DNA of 64,000 bases, taken from positions 1-64,000 of IMG/VR virus record IMGVR_UViG_3300007513_000015; one strand, 5' to 3'. Positions 40,001 through 50,504 of this stretch are shown piece after piece. This DNA is from a virus. A model generated the notes under the pieces. It was not told where the DNA came from. It saw only the letters and a program-made list of their open reading frames with translations, and made no database searches. The stretch's first letter is position 1. Each line of letters starts with the position of its first letter. The position numbers and the translations under genes were made by a program.

Positions 40001-42456
40001 TTGGAGTAACCAGTGGTGCAGAACAAACATTCGGCGGTTGGGGTGGTGCTGGTACAGCAAGAAGAGTTTTCAATGGAACCCAAGGAAGACTTGGTCGTCA
40101 ATCAGGCGGTATCTCAAGACAGGTTAGTGTTTGGAGAACTATTGTTAATAGAGAAAGATGGCAACAGGCTCAGCAACAGCAAAGTTCTCAAGTTCGTACA
40201 GGTGAAAGAAGTTGGATGGAAACCAATGATATCAGAACAGAAGTTGGTGACCGTTTAGTTGATACTTCTGCTATTCCTTGGATGAGATCAATACCTATCA
40301 CAGTGGAAGCAGATAAATTACGACCTAATACTGTAATACATTTTAAATTTGACGGTGTCGATGTTGATGCTTATATGACTCCTGAAGGCGGTTCAATGGG
40401 TGATGCTGTTTCTACGGATTCTATGGGACGATTAAGAAATACTATATTCACTGTTCCTTCCGAAGGTTCCGATGGCGTTAGATTTAGAACTGGCACAAAA
40501 ATACTTGATATGAAAGATTCATATGAGTCTGATATGACGACTCAAGCAATTGCACCATTCACCTCTGCTGGAACACTTCACACCAGACAAAAAGATATTC
40601 TTTCGACTCTCGAATCATATACAGTCACAGAATCTATTAGAGATGATAGATCAATCCTTGGACCACGCAGAACTGTTTCGAGAAGTAGAGTAATTAATTC
40701 CTCTACATCAAGGATGAATGTTTCGTTGTGGTATGATCCAGTAGCAGAATCATTCCTTGTTAATGATATGGAGGGCGGGGTATTTATTGATTCAATTGAT
40801 CTTTACTTCTGGTCAAAAGATGACGAATCAACTCCAGTTCGTGTTGAACTTCGTACAATGGAGAATGGATATCCTACGGCTTCTGAAATCCCATTGGCTT
40901 CTTCTATGCTATATCCTGAAGATGTTGTAACAGCTTCAAATGGTACTGCTAATACTCGTTTCACCTTTGCTGATCCAATTTATCTAATGAACGGCACAGA
41001 ATATTGTTTCGTTGTTATTTCCGATTCACTTAAATACAATTTGTTTATTTCAGAATTAGGAGAAACAGATTTAGCGACAGGAGAGTATATATCTTCACAA
41101 CCTTATCTTGGTTCAATGTTCACTTCACAGAATAACACAACTTGGACTGCCGAACAAAATAAAGATGTTAAGTTCCGGATTAACAGGTGTGATTTTGATA
41201 CTGGTTCCGAAGGAACCATTCAATTGAATATGAAGGGATTTGATGGAACTAAAAAGATTACCAGTTTTACGCCAAACTTCCAGCCTATGGTTCTAACTGG
41301 AACTGATTTCACTCTTGAAGGAATTATTAACGGTAATACGAATAATACTATTACCGGTATTCTTGATAACGAGAACGAGTTCCTTGAACAACAAGAAACT
41401 ATTGATGGATCTCATACAATTGAAGGTGGTTATCAATATACCCCAATTTCTTATATAGCAACTGTTTCTTCTGAAAACTCAAATATATCTCCCGTTATTA
41501 ACACAGAGAGAATGGGCACTATTATTCAAAACAATGTTGTTTTTGATAATGCAACTGAGGAAAAGAATCAGAAAGGTGTTTATCTTTCTAAAGATATTAA
41601 ACTCTCAAATCCAGCAATGGATTTAGTTATGTGGCTGTCTATTCAAGCAGTTCCTAATACATATATTAAAGTGTTCTATGACACAGGTAAAGTGATTCCG
41701 CGTTATATTACTACTAAATCCTATACAAACACGATTACACACGGTGATTATAATGTGAATGATTTTGAGGAAGAATATGCTTATGTATATCCTGCTGGAA
41801 CTAATAGTCCTGAGAATACAATCACTAATAATGGCCAAGGTATTGCGTCTTGGACTGGTGTGATTGGATCCACACCTGCTTCTACTCACGTTTCAACAGC
41901 ATATGTTGATGGTGATGATAATCCAGATAATACAACTATGATGCATATTGCTGATATATCTAATATGAAGAGTATTGTTAAGTCTTGTTTCATTTCAAGA
42001 TATGACCTTGATACTGTAACTGCTGATGTTACAAGTGCTGGTATTGGTACTGATATCTCTAATTATGAAGTTGGAGATATTTGGTTCGGTATTTGGGATA
42101 ATGACTTGGATAGAAAGTTCTATCGTAAAATTCTGATGGCGGATGGTTCTATGAGTAAGGAAGAAGTTCCTGTTCTTGAAATTGATTCTGAGGTTCCAGA
42201 AGAGCATCCTGATTTTGGTATTAATCTTGCTGTTATTGAAGAAGATGCAGTCACTTGGAGAGAAATGAAAGACTCAGGTACAGGTATTACAAACTCTTCT
42301 ATTGTTACTGATATGGAGTTTGTTGAACATACTTTCTCTCCATTGAAGAAAATTGTTGATGAGTTTGATCACTTTAGAGTTAAGATTGAACTTCACACAA
42401 CTAATCCAGTTTATCTTCCTGCTGTACGTGAATTACGTGTAATGGCAGTAACATAG
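37048..42456 (+). CDS. large virion structural protein (VrlC / DUF4815-like)
   Basis: N.SPYYDDF...ILFNPGRAVQARELTQIQSILQNQ, APGADRY, RTYDESGNY, KRYTMQDI..IENRL.KLEYYT.L.LLE, DPVAESF. Confidence 0.85.
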   Translation: MAYNFNTSPYYDDFNADDRFLRILFNPGRAVQARELTQIQSILQNQLQSGANHIWKNGTPVIGGEVSINTREWLQLADVDSTWLNRVVYGETSNAVAIIEQLHDDETQPIYYYRVLSGNFADTENLHTYDTVCDGGFDESGNCADNSWYDATQAYKAGVITAKGQGLEAKVGNGIYWLDGFFTPVLEQTIFLSPTSPTPTTKVGFDIGENIIESTTDPRLLDPASGFYNQNAPGADRYQIALTLVKEEDSAESNKWIWLMDISEGKITTTFESTTYSLLANELAQRTYDESGNYTLNPFPLEMKESADSSKFIIKVEPSKAYINGHSHELLVPTELESNRARTSRHVANDHITPEFGPYFEIESVNDLHGVFNVVNKEYVNFVTDENYTSAIANPTTVGQKQRITHVTKEDTSFRIYVENDDGLDAISPARYIVSESDPDVYAKLYRPTGVATRNGVNYPWIYKMTDIVSSVTLGQVTFSTQKNFSATLTSDTASVPAVFNDMHWERVLYIFDDTTGSIIPKSGTVASGDMWTADLSGNTNAIINIVDQDGNVSTNLSGHHISIMADMYMSNAQWRSIGQDAAASGDFILSDEVLTLPHGVTKIVSVIAPDTTNVTNSFTFLYGETDTTYGNATLTWTDTVNASQPGTYTVTYEVYNFGNITTANYFAVNSYTDAGLSYEIIPAYRGNVNQEIFSLADTLDFRTSEDDYAVGTYLPLPSSNISVSYDYYLPRKDRLVIDDDGIISIKEGFPSDDPILPTEEPNEMTLYTMFVPAYTFEHKNVNVTHVKNKRYTMQDIRGIENRLDKLEYYTALNLLEQETAAMQVIDESGLMRYKNGMLVDPFVDHGIGDINDEEYYVSIYPEAGICTTPFEMSGLDFEGGVVSGMRKNNITYTLDFDIIESWISQPYGSQVINLNPYARKSWVGFVTLTPSTDTWFEEEYMPDVIIQNENNNAVLQQVETYGTQTRWGNWQTTWSGWRDTGGRFGVTSGAEQTFGGWGGAGTARRVFNGTQGRLGRQSGGISRQVSVWRTIVNRERWQQAQQQQSSQVRTGERSWMETNDIRTEVGDRLVDTSAIPWMRSIPITVEADKLRPNTVIHFKFDGVDVDAYMTPEGGSMGDAVSTDSMGRLRNTIFTVPSEGSDGVRFRTGTKILDMKDSYESDMTTQAIAPFTSAGTLHTRQKDILSTLESYTVTESIRDDRSILGPRRTVSRSRVINSSTSRMNVSLWYDPVAESFLVNDMEGGVFIDSIDLYFWSKDDESTPVRVELRTMENGYPTASEIPLASSMLYPEDVVTASNGTANTRFTFADPIYLMNGTEYCFVVISDSLKYNLFISELGETDLATGEYISSQPYLGSMFTSQNNTTWTAEQNKDVKFRINRCDFDTGSEGTIQLNMKGFDGTKKITSFTPNFQPMVLTGTDFTLEGIINGNTNNTITGILDNENEFLEQQETIDGSHTIEGGYQYTPISYIATVSSENSNISPVINTERMGTIIQNNVVFDNATEEKNQKGVYLSKDIKLSNPAMDLVMWLSIQAVPNTYIKVFYDTGKVIPRYITTKSYTNTITHGDYNVNDFEEEYAYVYPAGTNSPENTITNNGQGIASWTGVIGSTPASTHVSTAYVDGDDNPDNTTMMHIADISNMKSIVKSCFISRYDLDTVTADVTSAGIGTDISNYEVGDIWFGIWDNDLDRKFYRKILMADGSMSKEEVPVLEIDSEVPEEHPDFGINLAVIEEDAVTWREMKDSGTGITNSSIVTDMEFVEHTFSPLKKIVDEFDHFRVKIELHTTNPVYLPAVRELRVMAVT

Positions 42457-42465
42457 GAGAATAAA

Positions 42466-42675
42466 GTGAAAGAACTAAATTACACCAAAGATAGAAAAAC
42501 AGGTGCTGTTATCTTCAATGATGTGGATGCTTATGCTCAAAGAAAAAAAGTAATTGAGAAACAGAAAATCACTAAGGCTGTAGAGAAAGATTCTAAAAAA
42601 GTTATAAATAGTCTTAGAAATGAAATTAATGGGCTGAAACAACTCCTAAAAGGTTTGATTGAAAATCAAGGATAA
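42466..42675 (+). CDS. small coiled-coil protein following the VrlC-like gene
   Basis: KD..TGAVIFND..AY motif, C-terminal coiled coil; AGGAG RBS. Confidence 0.7.
   Translation: MKELNYTKDRKTGAVIFNDVDAYAQRKKVIEKQKITKAVEKDSKKVINSLRNEINGLKQLLKGLIENQG
42603..42610 (+). promoter_or_regulatory. T4-type late promoter
   Basis: TATAAATA upstream of 42680/42890. Confidence 0.55.
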
Positions 42676-42679
42676 TTCT

Positions 42680-42871
42680 ATGATTGGAACTACTGAAATA
42701 CCATACGTAAGAAAGGACGAAACTTTCAAAACTTGGCGTGAACGTACAAATCAAATGATTCAGCAACAAAATAATTTCGTTAGAATGCAGGAATTTGAGA
42801 TGCTGGGAGTAAGTGATCCATATGTTACTACTTCAATGCAGTTAAATTACGCAAGTGAAACAACTGATTAA
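42680..42871 (+). CDS. small structural protein
   Basis: ETFKTWRERTN motif like the N-termini of T4-like fibre proteins. Confidence 0.6.
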   Translation: MIGTTEIPYVRKDETFKTWRERTNQMIQQQNNFVRMQEFEMLGVSDPYVTTSMQLNYASETTD

Positions 42872-42889
42872 TATTTAGGAAGAATAATA

Positions 42890-45800
42890 ATGGCACACTA
42901 TACAGGTCACAAATTCACTTTAACTGAATTAAATACAATAGAACAACAGAAGAGTGATTTTCTCAACTCTCTGAATATTAAATTATCTGCTCCTGATCTG
43001 TTAGTTAAGGATCTATCTCTGATGTTGAAGTCTCTGGAAGTAATGGAGAATCTTGAGCATTTACCAGAGTATAAAGACTTTCTGATTAATGTTGCTAATC
43101 GTTCTGCAACATTTGTTAATCCAACAGAAATGATTCCTAATGGTGGTTTTGATGTAACATATAACACAACAAACCTTGTCACCAATTCGTCTTTTTCTGC
43201 TGATGCTTTTGAACTTGAAATAATTAAAAACTCTGGTTTTGATGTTCCTGTTGACCTTGCACGTCCTTGGGCGAATGGTATTGCATATAAGTTTGATACA
43301 TTATTTACAGAAGGCACTCAAATTGTTCAAGCATTCACTGATGGACAACAGACTGCTCTTACTTGGTTCGAGACTGAATTAAAACCCAATACACAGTACA
43401 AGTTTTCTTATGACTTGACTGTAAATCCAGTTAATTGGGATTTACTGAGTGGTGGCTTCAATATGGTTGATATACCATCTTCTGATAAAGCAGTATTCTC
43501 GGAGACTGGCGGCGGCCCTGATCCACAAACATTCATTTGTTCTGTAATTGAAGATGCATCTTTGGTTCGTCCTACTTGTGATGGCGTTGCCATCGAGTGG
43601 AATACTTCTATTGAACAAATGGCTATTGATTGTCAATCTGGCGGCGGCGTTTGGGATGAAGGCGCTATTAATGATCCACAAGCACAAAATCACATACTGA
43701 TTCCTTATCATATTAATGCTCGGGAAGGCGACACAATCATTTTCACTAATCCATCTACATCTATTCTGGTTCACAATGCTGTATCTGATGATAATATTGC
43801 ATTCATTTCACCAGACTTAAATCCAGGAGAATCTTGGTCTTGGGTAGTTGACGGTTATCACGACTTGTATTTCCACTGTACATTCCACCCACTTGAAGAA
43901 GGTCGTTTAACTTCCACAACTAATCATAGATACGTTTATGCTATCGACCACGGTTTGAATCCGGGCGATACAGTTAAGATTCCTATTAATTATGGTGCGA
44001 ATGTTGCATTACCATCATTATCAAATTCTTATGCTATTAACTTAGCATTACCACAATCTTGTACTTCACTTGGTGGTGCGGGCGACCAAAATGTAGTTGA
44101 GTCTCTATATCACGATTTATCAATTGGTAATATTGTTTCCTTCCAGTCTGGTGAAGTTGAAACGAATCCTGATGCTGGTGTTCCTGTTGATGTAGTTTTT
44201 CAAGGCGGCACTGGTTCAGATACTGCTAATGCGTCTGCGAGTGTTCAAGTCACTGGCGGTGTTGTTTCTGATATATCACTAACAAGTGGTGGTTCTGGAT
44301 ATATTGAAATTCCTACAGTTTATATTGTGGGTGGAGGCGGTGCTGGTGCTACTGCATCAATTAATTTCTCTGGCAACATAACATCTATAAGTATTGATGA
44401 TATCGGTTCTGGTTACCAAACTGCTCCTACTGTTCAAATATCTGCTCCAGATGTAGCAACAATTCCTGATGGTATTGGTGGCACAATACCAACAACTCCA
44501 GCAACTGCTATAGCAACAATTAATGCCTCTGGGTCAATAGATTCTATTACCATTACGGAGAATGGTAGTGGTTACCATTCTCCTCCAACTATTACACTTG
44601 TAGGTGGTACACCTACAGTAGCAGGTAGTGTTAGTGGAGAAATTAACGGTTCTGTTCTTGGTATTACACTTATATCAGGTGGCTCAGGTTATGGTTCTGG
44701 TGATGGTTCTGTTGGAGTAGGCGAACGTAAATGGGAAGAATATATTATTACTGCTGTTCAAAAGGGCGATGCTCGTGTAGATATATTCTTTGATGATGTT
44801 AATGTTATCGGACACTTGCATACTGCTGAATTAACTCCTGCTGAATATCAACAGATTAAGAATGGCACACCTACAGTTATTATGACTTCTACTGATGGTG
44901 AAGGTTCTGGAGAGAATTCTCCTCACTCACACTCTGCAACTTTCGATTGGGATCCTGCATTAAATAATGGCGACGGTGGTATGTACCTTGTTGGTATGAC
45001 AGGTTCACACACTCACGGAATGCAGAACTATTATGATATTACTGGCGGCACTAAGGTAGAACTTACTAACTTCGGTCACTATCACGAGATTCTAATTTCT
45101 CTTGATGATGAGGCTACTCTTAAGGCCGCTCCACTACAGAATGTAACACAGGATACTGACGGTACTTGGAGTGCTACTTCAGGCAATACACTGATTCTTA
45201 CTTCTGACTACGGTACTTCTGATCCTCAGCATTTCCATACTCTTGAGATGGGGTGTTTGGATCCAGACAATGATACTTACTTAATCATTGCTATTGACCA
45301 GCATATCCACGATTTCGATAGAGTTTGGTACCCTGGTTCTTCACAGTTTACACTTGGTCAGTATAATTTTGCGTTAGGTGGAGATGATACTAATCCCACA
45401 TCTATTAATCTTCCATTTATTGATATTATTGGATATGTTAAGAAAGATAAAGGTATCGAATGTGATGCTCACGGCTTGAAAGCTGGCGATAAAGTTCATT
45501 ATCAGAATGTTTATAACGGCATTCATCACGGTAATACTAACTACTTTGTTGACTATGTTATCGATTGGGATCACTTTGTATTAACCGAATCTGTTATTTA
45601 TCCGCTTGAAAATGCTCCTGGCACAACTCCAACACAATTCGATGTTGTTGAATCTTATGAAGTTGTTGCGGATTTAGCATCATATAGATTTGAAGTAGAA
45701 AGAGATTTAACAAATCACGTTGGTTCTCCATTTATTGAAGGCGTAGAGATTCATTGGTCACGTCCTAGAACAGTAAAATCAACCAATCACGGACTTTCTG

Positions 45801-48800
45801 TTGGCGATGTTGTTCAGTTACCTTCTGGACCACAACCATATACACCATCTGAATTACCTGGTGCTATGAACGACCATACTGTTGTTGCGCTTGGTGATGG
45901 TTATGGCCCGACTGACAATATGGAAATCACTGTAGATACGCAAACTACATTAACATTTGTTGATCCAGACACCACTACTGTTGAAGGCGCACAAGACTCA
46001 CCTTGGTACTGGACTTGGTGGGATCATTCTGATCCATCATATGCTCCTTATCAAGTAGATGAAGCAGTGGCAGCATCATTTGGTGGTAACGAAGGAACAA
46101 CAGGTGGTTTTGACTTATATCGTGGTGGTACATATAAATTCACTAATAATGCTTGGAATCCATCAGGTCATATCGTACAGCCTGATCCATTCACTGGACT
46201 CCCTACTCCAATGTATATGCACGCGGCTGGTGTTAAAGCTATTCTCGGCGCAGGGTGGGATAATCTAGTTGAAGCGGGTATGGTACAGAATGATGGTAAG
46301 AAGTGTGTTTCTATGAGAGCAGATCACGGTCTAACTATCGTTGCTGGTGATCATAATCCATTCAACAATCTTGAAGAGGAGCCAGGCAACTGGACTTCTA
46401 CAGAAACATTCCCGGTTTGTATGGGGTTAAATGGTTGGTGTGAAGAGTTAGACGTTGATGGATGGTACTACAATGGCGAAGATGATAAACAGACTTGTTT
46501 AGATTTGAATCCAACAAGTGAGGTTGGATTAGCGCAATGGAGAGAATCACAATACATTGGTAACTTCTCTAAAGAATTCACTTGGAAGATTCCTGAAGAT
46601 TTCGGTCTTACTGGTTCTGATGGTAATTCTGGACTTGGTCCATTTGTTGCGCCTGGCGAAGTAAATGGATACTATGCTGTAGAAGCTGATGGTGGTCTAT
46701 ATAAATTTGATAAAGAAGGTATGATTGAAGGTACTAACAGAACAGTCAACCTTTATCGTGGTGGCACTTATCGCTTCCGTGTGAATGCGGCTGGTCACCC
46801 AATGTATATTACAACTGATGATGGTTCACACTTTACTCCAGGTGCTTATTTTGGTGAGTATCTACTTGGTGTAAATGGTTCAAGAGCAGAAGAGGGAGCT
46901 GGTGACCAAACATACGCTGATTCTTCTAACTTTGGTCTTGATGGGGCAGGCGTTCCTAAATATGAAATTTTAGAATTCACTGTACCATCTGTCGCTCCTG
47001 ATACACTTTACTATCAGTGTGCTTGGCACGCTTCTATGATGGGACAATTCAATATTATTGACTTGCCTGTTGTTAATGCTGGTGAAGATATTGTTGTTTA
47101 CTACCATCACGGTCAGGACAATATGTACACTCCTCTACATATTAAGGATAAGATTGTTGTTGATAACGGCACTTCTACTGACTACTTCCAGGTACAGCCT
47201 GAGCCAGTAAATTCATTCCCAGTAAAAGGAACTCAAGCAGACGTACTTAATGAAGGCAATCTGTTAACTGCTACAGGTGAAGGTGCAATTCCAAAGATTC
47301 AAGCAATGAATATTGAACTTGGCACTACATCTTATATTGATCCACTTGTGATGATTCCAGGAATTGGTTCTGAGCAATTCCTTGTAACAAACAATGAAAG
47401 TGGTCTTGCTAAGGTTTATATCAGTGTTGATATAGATAAGCGTTCTAATATCTCTCTTGATAACGTAACATTCAAGGAAGTTGTATGGACAGAATCTGGT
47501 TCTTGGCAGATTCAAGGTGGTACTGCATTTACGAATACTACTGTTGCAGGATATATTGAGCAGATTGTTACTGGTTCAATTGTTGAAGGCACAACATACG
47601 AGATCCAATACGATATCGTAGAATCATTCAAGGATGACTTTGATGCGGAAGTTGGAACAGTTCAAGCAGTTCTTATTGGTGATACTATTGTTGAAGGCAC
47701 ATCTAATACTACAGTTGGACACTACTCCGAAACAGTAATTGCTCCTGCTAATACAAATATATTGAGACTAAATAACACAGGTAAGGGTAAGATTGATAAT
47801 GTTTCAATCCGTGAACGTGTAACTGGTCAAAATGCTTGGTATATGGGTGAAGGCTGGAATTCAGTCGGAGGTAAAGCATATATTGACGGCACTATCTCTT
47901 CTAAAACAGAAGTTAACCAGACTGTTGATATTGAGACTGGTAAACTATATGAAGTTAAGTATAATTTAGCAGACCTCGACCCTAATGATAACGGTATGTC
48001 TGGTAGATTACGTGTTACTCTAGGTACTAATCCTGAGAATTTAATTTCAAATTGGAACTTTGATTTCACTGATCCTGTTCTAGTTAATTGGACAACTTCT
48101 GGTCCTGATGTACAGATTGTTAATGAGAAGTTAATTTTCAATTCTTCTACAAATGGCACTGCTACATACACCTTAGCTAATGCTCTTGTTAAGAATGAGA
48201 AGTATGAAGCAACTATTGATTGTGATGTGTTTGATGAAAATATCTTGAATTTCCAAGTTGGGCCTGGGCCTGCTGGAACTCACGCTCATACATTCCAAAT
48301 GACTGAAACACAGAGTAATTGGTTACAAGAGAATCCATCTGTTAATACGCTATCATTTGTGCAGACTGATGGTTATCACGCAGAAACATATACACACATC
48401 TTTACAATTGCTTGGTCTCAAGATATTATGAGTTATGTGTTAGTTTCACAAACAATTCCTGAAGGTCACGATGAATTAACTCTAGTGTCAACTACTAATA
48501 ACAATCCTACAATTGATGTGTTTGTTGATGGTGTTGCTCAACATACTATTTCTACAACTGGTATCCATCACATTGATTTAGTTGGAGAGGCTTCATCTAC
48601 ATTTATGCTACAGATGAATGGTTCAGGTTCTATCAACTCCGTTAAGCTAGTTGAAGAAGAAATACCAGCAATTGATTATGACTCTACTGGTGTTGTTCCT
48701 AATGGTGAACAATCTTACTATACGAGAGCTGGTTCACACGACTCTAAGATTCACTTCATTGCTGATGTGGACAATAATCGTCCTGAAGAAAATAATCCTT

Positions 48801-50425
48801 ACTACACTAATATTGGTTTTGAAGGATCTATTGATAATATTTCAGTTCGTGAAGTGGAAGAGAATTGGACTTTCGCTTCTCAAGAAGGTGGTAATTCATA
48901 TGTTGACCAAACTTCACAACAGATTTACACTTCTGGTGTTGGTACTGGTGCAAGAGGAATCGCACATATCTCATTTGAAATCACTAATGAAATGAACTAT
49001 CGTGTAGGCTTCAATATTGATAGACCTACTGATTCTATTGTTAAGATTGGTCCTACTCCAGATTCAGACACGTATGGTAGTTTTGAAATCACTGCTAATG
49101 ATAATGATGGAGATAAAGACTTTATATTCACTGCACCAGTTACTGGTGTTGCGTACATAACACTTTCTACTACTGGAAATGGCTTCACTTATTGGGATAA
49201 TGTTTCTGTTAAGACTATTCCTAATCTTTCTTCTGATGAGTATCTATTGCTTGCACGTTCTTTGAATGTGTTTGGTGTACCTATCGGTGGAGAAGAAAGA
49301 TGGAAGAGTGTCCATCTTGATATGGAAAATGCAGACTATACAGGTCAGCCTATCTCTGGTATGCGTACACTGGAATCATTTGGCGAATCAGTGATTGAAA
49401 ATTACTATGATGTTAACAGACGTTCTAATGATATCTTGAATCCACCTGTATCTCTGACCGGTATGAATATTGAGTTTGGTACAAGAGCGGTTACAGCAAT
49501 TAATCCTTCTTGTTCTAATGATCTATATAATAATCAAGTAGATTGTGAGACACCTAACGGTACTTGGTTCGATACAGTAGTATCCTTCTGTTCTGATTCA
49601 ATCTATCCAGATGAAGTGTCTTGTATTGAGCCTAATGGTACTTGGACTGCTGGTTCTTGTTCTAATCCAATATATGGAGATGTTTCATCTTGTGAAGATG
49701 CGGGAACGTGTTCTGATTCACAGTTTAACAACAGTGAAACACAGTGTACTACTTCTGGTGGAGTTTGGACTTCTGATAATAATACTTGGACATTTGGTGT
49801 TTGTACTGACTTATCTTTCAATGACCAATCTTCTTGTGAATCACCAAGAGGAGTTTGGACACCTGAGAATCCAGCTCATTGTACTGACTTATCTTTCAAT
49901 GACCAATCTTCTTGTGAATCACCAAGAGGAGTTTGGGATGCTACTGTAGTTGAGGCAATGACTGGAGACACAATCGAAGTAACTGGTGCTGGTATTGATC
50001 CAAACTATATTATCACTATTGGTGGGGTTGAACAATCATCTTCACCAATAAATCTACCAACTAAGGTTAACTTTATATTAAATGCTGATACTCCACTAGG
50101 AATACAAGAATTTAAGATTACAAATATTGACGGTGATTTTGCTATACTTGATGTGCCATTCACTGTACTTGATCACTTGAGAATCATTACTGTTACTGAT
50201 AATCTTGATGGCACTTATGGAGTTACAGGAGCATCATTTGAATCTACTACAACAGTAACACTTATTGACCAAGCAACTACAACTGATTATCCTCAAACGG
50301 TAACATTTGTTGATGCTAACAATATTTCATTTACTGATGTTGTAAATCCTGGTACATATGATGTGAGAGTTGATAATTCTGATGGATCAACATTCACTGA
50401 AATTGATGCAGTAGTTATAGCATAA
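42890..50425 (+). CDS. giant putative fibre/structural protein with cupredoxin domains, HxH repeats, carbohydrate-binding-like and Cys repeats
   Basis: 2511 aa; HNAV...YFHCTFHP, GHPMY...YYQCAWHASM, GSGY repeats, triple-HxH modules, C-terminal CSD..CE..G.W repeats. Confidence 0.8.
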   Translation: MAHYTGHKFTLTELNTIEQQKSDFLNSLNIKLSAPDLLVKDLSLMLKSLEVMENLEHLPEYKDFLINVANRSATFVNPTEMIPNGGFDVTYNTTNLVTNSSFSADAFELEIIKNSGFDVPVDLARPWANGIAYKFDTLFTEGTQIVQAFTDGQQTALTWFETELKPNTQYKFSYDLTVNPVNWDLLSGGFNMVDIPSSDKAVFSETGGGPDPQTFICSVIEDASLVRPTCDGVAIEWNTSIEQMAIDCQSGGGVWDEGAINDPQAQNHILIPYHINAREGDTIIFTNPSTSILVHNAVSDDNIAFISPDLNPGESWSWVVDGYHDLYFHCTFHPLEEGRLTSTTNHRYVYAIDHGLNPGDTVKIPINYGANVALPSLSNSYAINLALPQSCTSLGGAGDQNVVESLYHDLSIGNIVSFQSGEVETNPDAGVPVDVVFQGGTGSDTANASASVQVTGGVVSDISLTSGGSGYIEIPTVYIVGGGGAGATASINFSGNITSISIDDIGSGYQTAPTVQISAPDVATIPDGIGGTIPTTPATAIATINASGSIDSITITENGSGYHSPPTITLVGGTPTVAGSVSGEINGSVLGITLISGGSGYGSGDGSVGVGERKWEEYIITAVQKGDARVDIFFDDVNVIGHLHTAELTPAEYQQIKNGTPTVIMTSTDGEGSGENSPHSHSATFDWDPALNNGDGGMYLVGMTGSHTHGMQNYYDITGGTKVELTNFGHYHEILISLDDEATLKAAPLQNVTQDTDGTWSATSGNTLILTSDYGTSDPQHFHTLEMGCLDPDNDTYLIIAIDQHIHDFDRVWYPGSSQFTLGQYNFALGGDDTNPTSINLPFIDIIGYVKKDKGIECDAHGLKAGDKVHYQNVYNGIHHGNTNYFVDYVIDWDHFVLTESVIYPLENAPGTTPTQFDVVESYEVVADLASYRFEVERDLTNHVGSPFIEGVEIHWSRPRTVKSTNHGLSVGDVVQLPSGPQPYTPSELPGAMNDHTVVALGDGYGPTDNMEITVDTQTTLTFVDPDTTTVEGAQDSPWYWTWWDHSDPSYAPYQVDEAVAASFGGNEGTTGGFDLYRGGTYKFTNNAWNPSGHIVQPDPFTGLPTPMYMHAAGVKAILGAGWDNLVEAGMVQNDGKKCVSMRADHGLTIVAGDHNPFNNLEEEPGNWTSTETFPVCMGLNGWCEELDVDGWYYNGEDDKQTCLDLNPTSEVGLAQWRESQYIGNFSKEFTWKIPEDFGLTGSDGNSGLGPFVAPGEVNGYYAVEADGGLYKFDKEGMIEGTNRTVNLYRGGTYRFRVNAAGHPMYITTDDGSHFTPGAYFGEYLLGVNGSRAEEGAGDQTYADSSNFGLDGAGVPKYEILEFTVPSVAPDTLYYQCAWHASMMGQFNIIDLPVVNAGEDIVVYYHHGQDNMYTPLHIKDKIVVDNGTSTDYFQVQPEPVNSFPVKGTQADVLNEGNLLTATGEGAIPKIQAMNIELGTTSYIDPLVMIPGIGSEQFLVTNNESGLAKVYISVDIDKRSNISLDNVTFKEVVWTESGSWQIQGGTAFTNTTVAGYIEQIVTGSIVEGTTYEIQYDIVESFKDDFDAEVGTVQAVLIGDTIVEGTSNTTVGHYSETVIAPANTNILRLNNTGKGKIDNVSIRERVTGQNAWYMGEGWNSVGGKAYIDGTISSKTEVNQTVDIETGKLYEVKYNLADLDPNDNGMSGRLRVTLGTNPENLISNWNFDFTDPVLVNWTTSGPDVQIVNEKLIFNSSTNGTATYTLANALVKNEKYEATIDCDVFDENILNFQVGPGPAGTHAHTFQMTETQSNWLQENPSVNTLSFVQTDGYHAETYTHIFTIAWSQDIMSYVLVSQTIPEGHDELTLVSTTNNNPTIDVFVDGVAQHTISTTGIHHIDLVGEASSTFMLQMNGSGSINSVKLVEEEIPAIDYDSTGVVPNGEQSYYTRAGSHDSKIHFIADVDNNRPEENNPYYTNIGFEGSIDNISVREVEENWTFASQEGGNSYVDQTSQQIYTSGVGTGARGIAHISFEITNEMNYRVGFNIDRPTDSIVKIGPTPDSDTYGSFEITANDNDGDKDFIFTAPVTGVAYITLSTTGNGFTYWDNVSVKTIPNLSSDEYLLLARSLNVFGVPIGGEERWKSVHLDMENADYTGQPISGMRTLESFGESVIENYYDVNRRSNDILNPPVSLTGMNIEFGTRAVTAINPSCSNDLYNNQVDCETPNGTWFDTVVSFCSDSIYPDEVSCIEPNGTWTAGSCSNPIYGDVSSCEDAGTCSDSQFNNSETQCTTSGGVWTSDNNTWTFGVCTDLSFNDQSSCESPRGVWTPENPAHCTDLSFNDQSSCESPRGVWDATVVEAMTGDTIEVTGAGIDPNYIITIGGVEQSSSPINLPTKVNFILNADTPLGIQEFKITNIDGDFAILDVPFTVLDHLRIITVTDNLDGTYGVTGASFESTTTVTLIDQATTTDYPQTVTFVDANNISFTDVVNPGTYDVRVDNSDGSTFTEIDAVVIA
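49801..49936 (+). repeat. exact 58-bp direct repeat, period 78 bp
   Basis: 49801-49858 identical to 49879-49936 (CTDLSFNDQSSCESPRGVW twice). Confidence 0.9.
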
Positions 50426-50441
50426 AGAGATACTAAACTAT

Positions 50442-50468
50442 TATAAATAGTTTTAATTATTATAAATA
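50442..50468 (+). promoter_or_regulatory. two tandem T4-type late promoters
   Basis: TATAAATA at 50442-50449 and 50461-50468. Confidence 0.75.
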
Positions 50469-50504
50469 TAATCAGAAATAGATTTAATTTGGAGATAAAC
50501 TAAA

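Noticed and set aside
49801-49936. DGR template/variable repeat or CRISPR-like repeat
   Set aside because: Two identical in-frame copies with no adenine-specific differences, no reverse transcriptase and no spacer array
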